Origin: Candidatus Latescibacterota bacterium
GTDB taxonomy: Bacteria > Latescibacterota > UBA2968
Direction: 5' to 3'
Length of the DNA stretch: 64,000 nt
Assembly: GCA_965208125.1 (NCBI GenBank)
Contig: OZ242320.1
Coordinates: 2,080,001 to 2,144,000 of the forward strand
In this document: in pieces, positions 18,604-27,986 of the stretch
How the letters are laid out: every line of letters begins with the position of its first letter
Numbering within the stretch: position 1 is the first letter of the stretch
Made by a program: the position numbers and the translations under genes
Notes under the pieces: generated by a model
What the model was told of the DNA's origin: nothing
Database searches by the model: none
The model's input: only the letters and a program-made list of their open reading frames with translations

Positions 18604-19791
18604 ATGAAGATTACCAATATTGAGACGTTTATTGTGGATGCGGGTTGGCGCCCGTGGATATTTGTTCGGGTGGATACAGATGAGGGTATTAGTGGCTGGG
18701 GGGAGTGTAGCGATGGGCGCAGTCCCTATGGGGTTACGGGTACGGTGCGCGATTTGACGCCTTTGCTCGTCGGTAAGGATCCGCGCGCTTATGAGATGCG
18801 TTTTTGGGATATGTTGCGGGGGACGCGGCAGAGTCCAGGGGGTATTGCGGCGAAGGCTATTGCGGGTGTTGAACTCGCGCTTATTGATATTAAGGCGCGT
18901 GCGCTCGGTATTTCTGTTGTGGAGCTTTTTGGAGGTCCAACGCGCGAGCAGGTTCGGGTTTACTGGTCGCATTGCGGTACTTCGCGTGCACGTCATTACG
19001 ATTTGCTCAATACGCCACCGCTTCGCACGATGGATGATATTGCCGCGCTGGGGCGGGAGGTTGTGGAGAGGGGATATACGGCGTTGAAGACGAATATTGT
19101 GGTACCGGGGGATCCTGCCAGTGTGTATTTTGGGGGTTTTGGCGGCGAACCGGGGACGACGGATGGCGTGGTTTCGCGGCAGATTCTCCGGCATATTGAG
19201 ACGCTTATTGGTACGTTTCGAGATGCTGTGGGTCCGGATGTCGATATTAATCTGGATTTGAATTTTAATTTTAAGCCCGAGTCGTGTATGCGTATTGCTC
19301 AGGTGCTGGAACAATTTGATTTGCTGTGGCTGGAGATCGATATGTATGAGCCAGATGCGATTCGGCAGATTAAGGATGCGACGCGTACTAAAATTTGTAC
19401 GGGTGAGAATTTGTTTTATATGCGCGAGTTTATTCCTTATTTCCAGGCGCGGTCTGCGGATGTGTTTATGATCGATGTGCCGTGGAATGGGTTTGCGCAG
19501 TCGAAGAAGGTGGGGGATTTGGCCGAGGCGTATCAACTCAATGTTGCGCCGCACAATTATTATAGCCATCTTGCGACGTGTATCAGTGCGAGTCTGTGCG
19601 CGGTTTTGCCGAATGTGCGTATTATGGAGATCGATGTTGACGATGTGCCCTGGCGCGAGGATATGGTGACCAGTGTGCCACATATTGAGGATGGATATTT
19701 GACGATTCCCTCAGGTCCGGGCTGGGGTATTGAGATGGTTGAAGAGGTGCTCAAAGCACATCCCTGGGATAAGGGGAATGCGAATTGGTAG
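18604..19791 (+). CDS. Mandelate racemase/muconate lactonizing-family enzyme (acid-sugar dehydratase-like)
   Basis: FVRVDTDEGISGWGE, ELALIDIKAR, WLE, TGE, APH, GPGWGIE. Confidence 0.9.
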   Translation: MKITNIETFIVDAGWRPWIFVRVDTDEGISGWGECSDGRSPYGVTGTVRDLTPLLVGKDPRAYEMRFWDMLRGTRQSPGGIAAKAIAGVELALIDIKARALGISVVELFGGPTREQVRVYWSHCGTSRARHYDLLNTPPLRTMDDIAALGREVVERGYTALKTNIVVPGDPASVYFGGFGGEPGTTDGVVSRQILRHIETLIGTFRDAVGPDVDINLDLNFNFKPESCMRIAQVLEQFDLLWLEIDMYEPDAIRQIKDATRTKICTGENLFYMREFIPYFQARSADVFMIDVPWNGFAQSKKVGDLAEAYQLNVAPHNYYSHLATCISASLCAVLPNVRIMEIDVDDVPWREDMVTSVPHIEDGYLTIPSGPGWGIEMVEEVLKAHPWDKGNANW

Positions 19792-19793
19792 GA

Positions 19794-19835
19794 GAAGTAG
19801 GAAGTGTGAAGTGAGAAGTGTGAAGTAGGAAGGGA
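19794..19835 (+). repeat. Heptamer tandem array (GAAGTGW-like) x6
   Basis: gaagtag gaagtgt gaagtga gaagtgt gaagtag gaaggga directly after the stop codon. Confidence 0.8.
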
Positions 19836-19908
19836 GACCGTCATCGCGGCAGGCTTAAAGCCGCGATCCAGAAGGTTTTTGGCTGATCGCTTTTTTTGTG
19901 AGGACAAT

Positions 19909-20649
19909 ATGGAGAATAATCAACAACACTTTTTTGAACTCGATATCTATGGCTTTACGGTTGTTGAAGATGTTTTGACGACTGAGGAAGCAGGCGAGAT
20001 GCGCGAGGCGCTTATGCGCTGTGAGAAGGAAGTTGGCACGGAGGCCAGAAATCGGGGTACTGCTCGGCATGTCGCCAATTTGCCGGTTCTGGATCGCGTT
20101 TTTCACAAGACGATTGACCATCCGCGGATTCTGCCGTTGCTCGAGCACTATCTCGAGAAGTCGCTTATTCTGGGTAGTCTCAATGCCCGCATTGTGCGTC
20201 CGGGCGATCCAGACCAGGGTTTGCACAGCGATATTCCGCTGGAGATGCTGAATTTTAGTTCGCCAGTTATGATGAATACGATTTGGATGCTGGATGATTT
20301 TTCGCCGATAAATGGCGGTACGCGGGTGGTGCCGGGTTCGCATAAGAGCGGGTTGGTCATCCCGCCAGAGGATGTGTCTGTCAAGCATATTGCACAACCC
20401 GAGGGATCTGCGGGTAGTGTTATTGTTATTAACGGTCAAATATGGCATGGCGGCGGCGCGAATACAGGGACGACGAATCGCCATGCGTTGTTCGGTCATT
20501 ATCGCAAACGGATGTGTATGTTTCAGGTGGATCCCCACGATGGGTTTCCGCCCGAGTGGTTTGACTGGCTCACGGAGAGACAAAAGCAATTGATGCGGAT
20601 GAGCAAGGGGCTTAAATCAGCCCACGCAGCGGATGCGCATTTCAGGTAA
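19909..20649 (+). CDS. PhyH-family dioxygenase
   Basis: [28 protein letters not shown]...R. Confidence 0.9.
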   Translation: MENNQQHFFELDIYGFTVVEDVLTTEEAGEMREALMRCEKEVGTEARNRGTARHVANLPVLDRVFHKTIDHPRILPLLEHYLEKSLILGSLNARIVRPGDPDQGLHSDIPLEMLNFSSPVMMNTIWMLDDFSPINGGTRVVPGSHKSGLVIPPEDVSVKHIAQPEGSAGSVIVINGQIWHGGGANTGTTNRHALFGHYRKRMCMFQVDPHDGFPPEWFDWLTERQKQLMRMSKGLKSAHAADAHFR

Positions 20650-20668
20650 TTGGAAACAGGAGTTCAAT

Positions 20669-21100
20669 ATGCTCGTTGGTATATCCCCACTGTTCAGTCC
20701 CGAGTTGCTGGCTGCGATTTATCGCATGGGACACGGAGATGAGATTGTTCTGGCAGATGCACATTTTCCCGGGCATTCGGTGAATGCCAATACGTTGCGG
20801 GCAGATGGTCTGGGGGTTGCAGAGTTGCTCGAGGCAATTTTGCCGCTGTTTGTGCTGGATACGTATGTGGATAGTCCGGTTTTTATGATGGATGCGGTGC
20901 CGGGCGATACGCTCGATCCCGCGGTGGAGGCGTCTTATCGGGCTGTTATTGACAGGGTATGGCCCGATACGCCCCCTATCGCGCGCGTTGAACGCTTTGC
21001 TTTTTACGAACAGGCGAGAGATGCTTTTGCTGTTGTTATGACCGGGGAGACGGCAAAATACGGCAATGTTATTTTGAAGAAGGGTGTGACAGAAGTATGA
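20669..21100 (+). CDS. fucU: L-fucose mutarotase (RbsD/FucU family)
   Basis: [38 protein letters not shown]. Confidence 0.9.
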   Translation: MLVGISPLFSPELLAAIYRMGHGDEIVLADAHFPGHSVNANTLRADGLGVAELLEAILPLFVLDTYVDSPVFMMDAVPGDTLDPAVEASYRAVIDRVWPDTPPIARVERFAFYEQARDAFAVVMTGETAKYGNVILKKGVTEV

Positions 21101-21262
21101 AGTGTCGTGAACCAGTGTGGATCATTTAAAACTAACTTATGAGGCAGCACTCAATGAGAGCTATTTGTGGCACGCGTTTGGCGATCTGCATTTGATTTTG
21201 CCCTGAACAGGAGGTATATTGACAAAAGAAGCGCGCAAAATTTCTCAAAGGCGTACAAAATT

Positions 21263-22423
21263 ATGCCAATGCAGACCGACCAACTCAAACAACGCAATCG
21301 CGAACTCTCTATCCTCAACGCGATCGCCCATGCACTCAACCAGTCTGTGGATCTCGATCAAGCCCTGGAGACAGCGCTTAAAAAAGTAGCTGCACTGCTC
21401 GATTTGAACACCAGCTGGATATGGCTCATGCACGAAGAGACGGGCGAACCCTATCTGGCTGCAGCACAAAACTTACCCCCTGTATTGCGCGATAACCCAG
21501 ACAGAATGGGTGGCTGGTGCTATTGTCTGGATACCTATCAGAAAGGCGATTTGAAGGGGGCTGCAAATGTGAATGTCGTGACGTGTAGCCGATTGAAAGG
21601 ACTCGTAGAAGGAACAGATGGGTTGCAGTACCATGCGAGCATTCCACTGTATGCCCAGAAAAAAAAGGTGGGGGTGTTGAATGTGGGCAGTGTCGAATGG
21701 CGCGAGCTTTCGGATGAGGATTTGCGTTTGCTCAATACGGTGGGTGATTTGATGAGTATTGCTATTGAACGGGCGCGTTTGTACGAAAAAAGCGTTGAAA
21801 TTGGCGCTGCAGATGAGCGTCTCCGCCTCGCGCGAGAAATACACGACACACTGGGTCAGAATTTGGCGGCAATTTTAATGCGGTTGGAAACTCTGGATGC
21901 ACTGCTCGAAGACAATACAGATCGCAAAAAATTGTCTGAAACCGTGCGCGATGCCATGGCTTTGGCGCGCGATAATCTGGAAGATGCGCGGCGCACTGTG
22001 CTGGATTTGCGCGCTGCACCGCTCGAAAATCGCACGCTGGCCAAAGCATTGCAAGATCTGGGACGCGAAATAGGAGACGAGGCAAAACTGACGATACGCG
22101 TAAAGCGTATTGGCGGACACCCTTTGTCCATGCGGGTGGAAGCGGGTTTGTATCGCATGGCTCAGGAGGCATTGAATAATGTTGTGCAGCACGCAAAAGC
22201 CAGAGAGGTCCTGGTTGAACTGACCTCAACGCCCGAATACGTAGAACTTGTGGTTAAAGACGATGGATGCGGATTTGATCCCAAAAACGTATCAGAAGGC
22301 CGATATGGTCTGGTTGGGCTGAATGAGCGGGCGCATTTGCTCGGGGGGACATTTGCAATTGAAAGCGCGCCTGAGCGCGGTACGCGTTTGGATATCCGCA
22401 TTCCTTTGGAGCGCAAAATATGA
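21263..22423 (+). CDS. Cytoplasmic GAF sensor histidine kinase (HisKA_3 type)
   Basis: GAF domain with WCYC...VTCSRL; ERLRLAREIHD; QEALNNVVQHA; DDGCGFD. Confidence 0.92.
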   Translation: MPMQTDQLKQRNRELSILNAIAHALNQSVDLDQALETALKKVAALLDLNTSWIWLMHEETGEPYLAAAQNLPPVLRDNPDRMGGWCYCLDTYQKGDLKGAANVNVVTCSRLKGLVEGTDGLQYHASIPLYAQKKKVGVLNVGSVEWRELSDEDLRLLNTVGDLMSIAIERARLYEKSVEIGAADERLRLAREIHDTLGQNLAAILMRLETLDALLEDNTDRKKLSETVRDAMALARDNLEDARRTVLDLRAAPLENRTLAKALQDLGREIGDEAKLTIRVKRIGGHPLSMRVEAGLYRMAQEALNNVVQHAKAREVLVELTSTPEYVELVVKDDGCGFDPKNVSEGRYGLVGLNERAHLLGGTFAIESAPERGTRLDIRIPLERKI

Positions 22424-23034
22424 AGATTCACATTGTGGTTGTAGATGATCATCCGGTTGTGCGCGATGGCCTTATTGCAATGCTGAATACACAGTCCGAT
22501 TTTGAGGTGGTGGGAGAAGCAGGTGATGGCGAAGAAGCATTGCAGAAGGTTGCAAAACACAATCCCGATGTGCTATTGCTCGATCTGGAGATGCCGGGTG
22601 TAGATGGCGTTGAAACGCTTCGGCGATTGCAAGAGGAAAAGGCGCAGGTGCGGGTTATTGTGTTTACGGTTTTTGATACGGATGAGCGCATTGTCTCGGC
22701 TATGCAGGCCGGGGCAAAGGGTTATTTGCTCAAGGGCGCGCCCAGAGACGAGGTGTTTCGCGCCGTGCGCGTGGTCAATGAGGGTGGGTCATTGCTCGAG
22801 CCTCTCGTTGCTTCCAAGTTGCTGGACAGTGTAAACAATCCGGATGCGTTGACCGTGCGGCAAAAGGAAGTGATCAAACTGCTGGCAACGGGTTTGTTGA
22901 ACAAAGAAATTGCCGATCAACTCGATATTGCTGAACGCACGGTGAAATTTCACGTGAGTGAAATACTGGCCAAACTCGGCGCGGGCAATCGCACAGAGGC
23001 AGTAGCTGTTGCGACGCAGAAGGGGTTGATATAA
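22420..23034 (+). CDS. NarL/LuxR-family response regulator
   Basis: VDDHPVVR, LLDLEMP, GYLLK, C-terminal HTH NKEIA...TVKFHV. Confidence 0.95.
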   Translation: MKIHIVVVDDHPVVRDGLIAMLNTQSDFEVVGEAGDGEEALQKVAKHNPDVLLLDLEMPGVDGVETLRRLQEEKAQVRVIVFTVFDTDERIVSAMQAGAKGYLLKGAPRDEVFRAVRVVNEGGSLLEPLVASKLLDSVNNPDALTVRQKEVIKLLATGLLNKEIADQLDIAERTVKFHVSEILAKLGAGNRTEAVAVATQKGLI

Positions 23035-23062
23035 CAATCAGCATAATGCTGTATGCAACGCG

Positions 23063-23102
23063 ACCTGTCCGAAAGGACAGGTTGTTTTTGTCCTTGGGGA
23101 CG
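23063..23102. promoter_or_regulatory. Tandem TGTCC-N4-GGAC dyads: putative response-regulator sites (the first could be a terminator hairpin)
   Basis: ACCTGTCC-GAAA-GGACAGGT followed by TGTCC-TTGG-GGACG. Confidence 0.5.
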
Positions 23103-23171
23103 GTGTTTTGGGATTTCGGAGGGTGTATTTTTGGGGTGTAAACAATCATTCCAATTAATAGGAGGCATACC

Positions 23172-24938
23172 ATGGCTGTGGCGACACTTGATTATGTGCC
23201 CTGTGCGCGTGTGGAAGATATTCCCGAGGGTGGGATTATGGCGGTGAATGTGGAGGGCCATGCGATTGCACTGGCAAAGTCGGACGGCGAGATCCGGGCG
23301 GTGGATAACCGATGTCCGCATATGGGATATCCGCTGAGTGAGGGGTCGATTCACAATGGGTTGATTATTTGCCACTGGCATCACGCGCGGTTTGATCTGA
23401 TCAGCGGGTGTACGTTTGATCCGTTTGCGGATGATGTGCGGAGTTATCCGGTGGATGTGCAGGATGGTGAGATTTATGTGAATGTGCATGCGACGCATCC
23501 CGATCCGGTGGGGCATTGGAAGCGGCGGTTGAGCGAGAGTTTGGAGCAGAATATCAATCTGGTGATTGCCAAGTCGGTGATCGCGCTTCGGGGTCAGCGG
23601 GTCGATGGCGATGAGATTGCAGAGATTGGCGCGCGGTATGGTGCGTTGAGGCGGCGTCAGGGGTGGGGTCCGGGGTTGACGATTTTGACGTGTATGGCCA
23701 ATGTGGTGCCGAAGCTGGTGCCCGAGGATCAGGTTCTGGCACTGTATCAGGGGTTGTTGCATGTGGCGAGCGAGACGAGTAATGCAGCGCCGAGGATTGT
23801 TTTTACGCCTCTGGAGACAGAGGAGTTGACGCTGGCGCGGATTAAGGCGTGGTTCCGCTATTTGATTGAGGTGCGGAATGCCGATGGTGCAGAACGCGCT
23901 TTGTTGACGGCGATCCAGATGGGGGCAACGCCTTCGGAGATGTGCGATATGCTGGTGACTGCAGCGACGGATCACTTTTATCGCGATGGCGGGCATGTGC
24001 TGGATTTTATCAATAAGGGTTTTGAGGTGCTCGAGCGCATTGGATGGGACAAGGCCGATGAGATTTTGCCTTCTCTGGTGGGGGTGCTTTCGGGTTCTCA
24101 GCGGAGTGAAGAGCTGAACCGATGGCGCAGTCCCGTAGATCTGGTGGCGTTGTTACACGATGCGTTTGATGAGCTTGAGGATCTGGTTCAAGAGGGCAAG
24201 GGCAAGACGTGGGACGATGCGGATGCTTTGACGGAGGTTTTGTCAGGTGATGATCCGCATGCGATTGTGGATGGGTTGAAGGCGGCATTTGCCGGGGGGG
24301 CGGCGCTGACGCAGTTGACGCAGACGCTGACTTATGCAGCGGCTTTGCGGATTGCGCGGTTTCACGTTAAGAATGAGTTTGCCGATTGGATCGCTGTGTT
24401 GCATACGCATTCGGCGGCTAATGCGCTGCATCAATGTGCAAAGCGCGGGCCGTCCCTGGATCTGGCGCGGGGGATTTTTCACGGTGCGATGGCACTGTAT
24501 TTTGACCGGTGGTTTAATAAGCCAGCTGCCCGTTTGCCGCAGGATCAGCGCGCGACCTATCAGTTGCCGGAAGATGCGGATGAGTTGCTGGATTCTTTTG
24601 TGGCGTTGCTGGATACTCAGGCGCAGGTGGATGAGGCAGGGCGGATTGCGTATCGGTATTTGTCGTTGGGGCATCCGCGGGATGCTTTGTGCGAGCGGTT
24701 GGGCCATGTGTTGCTGCGAGAAGATGCGGAGTTTCATTCGTTTCAGATGCTGGAGTCCGCGTTTAGTCAGGCAGAGGAGTTGGATGAGGAACGCGCACGG
24801 ATTACGCTGGTGGGCGCGGCGCGCTATCTGGCAGCGCATGCGCCAACGGCGCGCGCGTTGGGACAGACGGCGAATTTGGCACTGCGACTCCACCGGGGAG
24901 AGGATCTTTCGGCTGAGGATCCGGATGAGGAGGTGTGA
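23172..24938 (+). CDS. Rieske [2Fe-2S] domain fused to a large helical domain
   Basis: CPHMGYPL...CHWHHARF; C-terminal His-containing motifs GHVLDF, HTH, REDAEFHSFQ. Confidence 0.88.
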   Translation: MAVATLDYVPCARVEDIPEGGIMAVNVEGHAIALAKSDGEIRAVDNRCPHMGYPLSEGSIHNGLIICHWHHARFDLISGCTFDPFADDVRSYPVDVQDGEIYVNVHATHPDPVGHWKRRLSESLEQNINLVIAKSVIALRGQRVDGDEIAEIGARYGALRRRQGWGPGLTILTCMANVVPKLVPEDQVLALYQGLLHVASETSNAAPRIVFTPLETEELTLARIKAWFRYLIEVRNADGAERALLTAIQMGATPSEMCDMLVTAATDHFYRDGGHVLDFINKGFEVLERIGWDKADEILPSLVGVLSGSQRSEELNRWRSPVDLVALLHDAFDELEDLVQEGKGKTWDDADALTEVLSGDDPHAIVDGLKAAFAGGAALTQLTQTLTYAAALRIARFHVKNEFADWIAVLHTHSAANALHQCAKRGPSLDLARGIFHGAMALYFDRWFNKPAARLPQDQRATYQLPEDADELLDSFVALLDTQAQVDEAGRIAYRYLSLGHPRDALCERLGHVLLREDAEFHSFQMLESAFSQAEELDEERARITLVGAARYLAAHAPTARALGQTANLALRLHRGEDLSAEDPDEEV

Positions 24939-24939
24939 T

Positions 24940-24977
24940 GTAAGGGACGGCCCCTGTGCCGTCCCGTGGCGGGACGG
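24940..24977. repeat. REP-like palindrome
   Basis: GTAAGGGACGGCCCCTGTGCCGTCCC, an inverted relative of 16575-16600. Confidence 0.7.
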
Positions 24978-25007
24978 TTGATTCCAGATCACACAGATGG
25001 GTATTAC

Positions 25008-25042
25008 AAAAGCCTGTACCAGCCAATGGTGCAGGCTTTTTT
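25008..25042. terminator. Bidirectional intrinsic terminator
   Basis: AAAAGCCTGTACCA...TGGTGCAGGCTTTTTT between convergent genes. Confidence 0.75.
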
Positions 25043-25433
25043 ATGTATTCGATTCCCATTTTCCCTGTACGCGATAGGCTTCATCAGGACCCGGCCACGG
25101 GGGCATGGTGATGGCGACGGCGCAGAGTGGTTCGCTGCTTTGGGCGCGAAATTGGAAGTGGGTGCCCTGTGGTATGGTGAGGGTTACGCCGGGGACGAGG
25201 GAGGCGATTTCTTCGCGGTTGCCCTGTTTGCGCCACATTTCGCCCTGTCCGCTGATGATGTACCAGATTTCTTCGACGGTGCGGTGGGCAACGGCGATGG
25301 ATGTTTTTCCCGGGGGGAGTTCAAAGTGGGCCATGCCGCCGTTTTTGAGTTTGAGGAGTATGCGGACGTCGGATCCGTCGGGTGCAGTGACGTCGGGTTT
25401 TTGGGGTAGGTGTTTTGTGCTGAATTCGGTCAT
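25041..25433 (-). CDS. Cupin-domain protein
   Basis: APDGSDVR, HRTVEEIWY..SGQG, IPQGTHFQFR. Confidence 0.85.
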   Translation of the reverse strand: MTEFSTKHLPQKPDVTAPDGSDVRILLKLKNGGMAHFELPPGKTSIAVAHRTVEEIWYIISGQGEMWRKQGNREEIASLVPGVTLTIPQGTHFQFRAQSSEPLCAVAITMPPWPGPDEAYRVQGKWESNT

Positions 25434-25446
25434 GGGGGTCTCCGAT

Positions 25447-26013
25447 TTACATTTCCCTTTCTCCAATGGTTTCCCGAAGCAGTATTTTTCCGCGGTACAG
25501 CCAGGTTTTTACGGTGCCTATGGGTACTTGCATTGCTTTTTCGATTTCGGCATACGAGTAGTCCTCGATATAGCGCAGGCGCATGGCTTCGCGATATTGT
25601 TGTGGCAGTGTTTGTATGCTTTTGCGTACGAGGTGTTGGCTTTCTCGTGCGTGCAGGGTGGTTTCCGGGTCCTGGGCGCAGGATGGGGCAATTTTTTCTA
25701 TGCCTTCTGGGGTGTGAAAATAGGTTGTCCATTTGCGCCGCACAGATTGTGATTCGCAGTGCGAGAGGCATACGTTCATGGCTATGCGGGTCAGCCAGGT
25801 TGAGAATGCCGCGTCACCGCGAAAGCGGTTGAGTCCCTGGTATGCTTTTATAAATGCGATTTGAACCAGGTCGTCAATGTCGTCCTTGTTTTTTGTGTGG
25901 CTGGCTACAATTGCATAAATTCGGGCTACGTTTGCTTTGTACAGTTTGCCAAATGCAATCCCATCACCCATCCGCGCTTTGAGTACCATTGTCTGCTCTT
26001 CGTTCGGTGCCAT
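25447..26013 (-). CDS. ECF sigma factor, paralogue of 11547-12128
   Basis: DDLVQIAFIKAY...FRGDAAFSTWLTRIAMN; PIGTVKTWLYRG; RBS GAGGAG before ATG 26013. Confidence 0.92.
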   Translation of the reverse strand: MAPNEEQTMVLKARMGDGIAFGKLYKANVARIYAIVASHTKNKDDIDDLVQIAFIKAYQGLNRFRGDAAFSTWLTRIAMNVCLSHCESQSVRRKWTTYFHTPEGIEKIAPSCAQDPETTLHARESQHLVRKSIQTLPQQYREAMRLRYIEDYSYAEIEKAMQVPIGTVKTWLYRGKILLRETIGEREM

Positions 26014-26107
26014 TATACTCCTCTTGTGTCGTGAGGTCATGTTGTTTTTTGGATCATCTGCTGTGTTCTGCACCGATGGGTGTTTGGGGTGGTCCCCGAA
26101 GGGCAAC

Positions 26108-26142
26108 AAAAAACCCGACATCGAATTTAGCTCGATGTCGGG
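26108..26142 (-). terminator. Intrinsic terminator inside the ECF 5' leader (attenuator-like)
   Basis: Minus strand CCCGACATCGA-gctaaat-TCGATGTCGGG-TTTTTT. Confidence 0.75.
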
Positions 26143-26326
26143 CACGTAGGGCGTAGGCACCAAAAACCCCACTCAGGGGTTGGCAAAATTTTAGCCTCCA
26201 GGGCATGATCGCCGCCTCCTGGAGGGATAATGGCAGTGTGAATAGACCATCTATTTTTACCTAAATATATGTAATTTCAGGTATTTATCTCCTAATATCA
26301 GAGGGCTTTTGTTTTTGGGATTGGAC

Positions 26327-26355
26327 AATATAGCCCGTTCTGTATTTTCGTGCAA
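26327..26355 (-). promoter_or_regulatory. Sigma-70-like promoter
   Basis: TTGCAC-N17-TATATT on the minus strand. Confidence 0.5.
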
Positions 26356-26409
26356 GAAAAAATCTATATCATACAAAAAAATTATTTTTTGGAAAATGAG
26401 GCGGGGCGG

Positions 26410-26466
26410 CGGTCAGCGGACGATTACAATGTCATCGTAGGGGCCGTCCCTTGTGCCGTCCCAGCC
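26410..26466. repeat. REP element, inverted deletion derivative of 37422-37505
   Basis: Its reverse complement shares both ends with 37422-37505 but lacks the second hairpin. Confidence 0.7.
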
Positions 26467-26472
26467 TGTATA

Positions 26473-26508
26473 TTAGACCGGACAGGCGAAAATTGTACGT
26501 CACGGTGT
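26473..26508 (-). promoter_or_regulatory. Putative ECF promoter, copy 1
   Basis: Minus strand ACACCGYGACGTACAATTTTC-N9-GTCTAA, also at 31403 and 35492. Confidence 0.6.
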
Positions 26509-26526
26509 ACGGCAAAAAGTGCGTAA

Positions 26527-27471
26527 TCAAAACTGGACGACAAAATCAATATACGGAATGCCGGGAAAAATTGCGCCTTCTCCTATTGTATTGATCAGTC
26601 CCAGATCTACGCTTAATCGTTTGCCAAAAAATCGTATTCCATAAGAGACCAGAGGGTCTTCTACACCGGGAAAGATCCAGTTTTCTGTAACAAATGCCGT
26701 CCGTCGCGTCAAGCGCTTCTCTCCCCCGATCATTACCATGGGACGATCTGCGAGATCTCCCTCCACAAAACCATAACCAAGTCCCGCAGTCAGGCTGGCA
26801 TCGGGTTGCCCAAATGTTGTTACACCATACAATATGCCCGCAACTTCAGGGTCATCTTCTTGAAAGTCCTCATCCTCATACCTGGGAATACGCACGAGAA
26901 GTGCGCCCATGGCAAAAGAGAAGGTCTTTTGCTGTACTAATCCGAATTTTGGTGTAATAAAAAATAATTGATCATTTATATCCACGGTGGGAAAGATGGA
27001 AAGTCCTCCTCCCAGAGTAAAGCGGTCTGTGATTCCATAAGCAAAGCCCGGAAAAAAGAGATAATAATCAGCAAAATAACCTTCGCCCTGTTTCAGCATA
27101 CGCGCCGTAGGTGCAAAGAATAGGCGTGTTATATTGGGATTTGGGAACCAGTATTCTCCCTTTCGTATTAAGTCAGCAGATACTGTTTCAATGTGTTTGA
27201 TCTTTGAAATGGGAATGTGGATGATGCCCAGGTCTGTCTTAAATGCAATCTCTTCAGCACCAATCTCCACAATGCGTCCGATATTTGTCGATCCATCGGT
27301 TGTTTCAAGCACCTGAATTTGAGTGGAGTCGGGAATTGCCCACCGGGAGGTTAGGGAGGATGGTGCGTTCTTCGCGTGCTCTTCTGCAAAGATACTGTTT
27401 AGAGAGATTGCAGTGTAGATCAAGAGTAACCATTGCACTCGTATCATGACGAACCCCTTCGTTCCAATCAT
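26527..27471 (-). CDS. Exported hypothetical protein, probably an outer-membrane beta-rich protein
   Basis: Signal-like N-terminus, alternating beta-strand pattern, terminal Phe (YIDFVVQF). Confidence 0.65.
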   Translation of the reverse strand: MIGTKGFVMIRVQWLLLIYTAISLNSIFAEEHAKNAPSSLTSRWAIPDSTQIQVLETTDGSTNIGRIVEIGAEEIAFKTDLGIIHIPISKIKHIETVSADLIRKGEYWFPNPNITRLFFAPTARMLKQGEGYFADYYLFFPGFAYGITDRFTLGGGLSIFPTVDINDQLFFITPKFGLVQQKTFSFAMGALLVRIPRYEDEDFQEDDPEVAGILYGVTTFGQPDASLTAGLGYGFVEGDLADRPMVMIGGEKRLTRRTAFVTENWIFPGVEDPLVSYGIRFFGKRLSVDLGLINTIGEGAIFPGIPYIDFVVQF

Positions 27472-27815
27472 AACTCAGAGACCGAAAGCACTGTGGTATA
27501 ATACGCAAGCATGGCGTTGTCGGCGTCCGATTCAGCAATTTCATAAGGGATAGATTCAAATGGTTTGTGCTCTTGTGCATCGAGTTCTTCTGAAAGGTAA
27601 AATTCATGAAGAATATCGTTTCTGCCAAAAGAAAAATTTCTGTCACCCTTATCGGCTATGCGCACATCCGCTAAGAATACGACAGCGGAAAATATGACTT
27701 TAACCTTTTTAGCGTGGTGGTTCTGTAGTGAGCCTCTGACAGTAACAATATTGTCTATCTTGCTTATCGATATACCACTTTTATCAATCTCTACTGCTGA
27801 TGTATTCAGCATCAT
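27468..27815 (-). CDS. Hypothetical protein
   Basis: 115-aa ORF with RBS GAGG; ATGA overlap with the next gene. Confidence 0.5.
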   Translation of the reverse strand: MMLNTSAVEIDKSGISISKIDNIVTVRGSLQNHHAKKVKVIFSAVVFLADVRIADKGDRNFSFGRNDILHEFYLSEELDAQEHKPFESIPYEIAESDADNAMLAYYTTVLSVSEL

Positions 27816-27868
27816 AGTTTAATCCTCGTTTTTCCCATTCAGGATAGCTTAATGGCGATGAGATGCGA

Positions 27869-27985
27869 CTAACGAGGTATCAGCCGAATGTCCAGACGGC
27901 AGCCGACAGCCTCTGCATATTTTTTTAGAGTGGCAAGAGAAGGAGAATGCTTTTTGTGGCGTCCCGATGCTTCAAGACGTGCAAC
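27869..27985 (-). pseudogene. C-terminal remnant of an XRE antitoxin
   Basis: Manual translation VARLEASGRHKKHSPSLATLKKYAEAVGCRLDIRLIPR* matches the C-terminal half of 33625-33909. Confidence 0.8.
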
Positions 27986-27986
27986 T

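Noticed and set aside
26100-26260. Known riboswitch (fluoride, c-di-GMP, c-di-AMP, TPP, cobalamin)
   Set aside because: I could not match their conserved cores by eye; kept only as an unassigned structured leader
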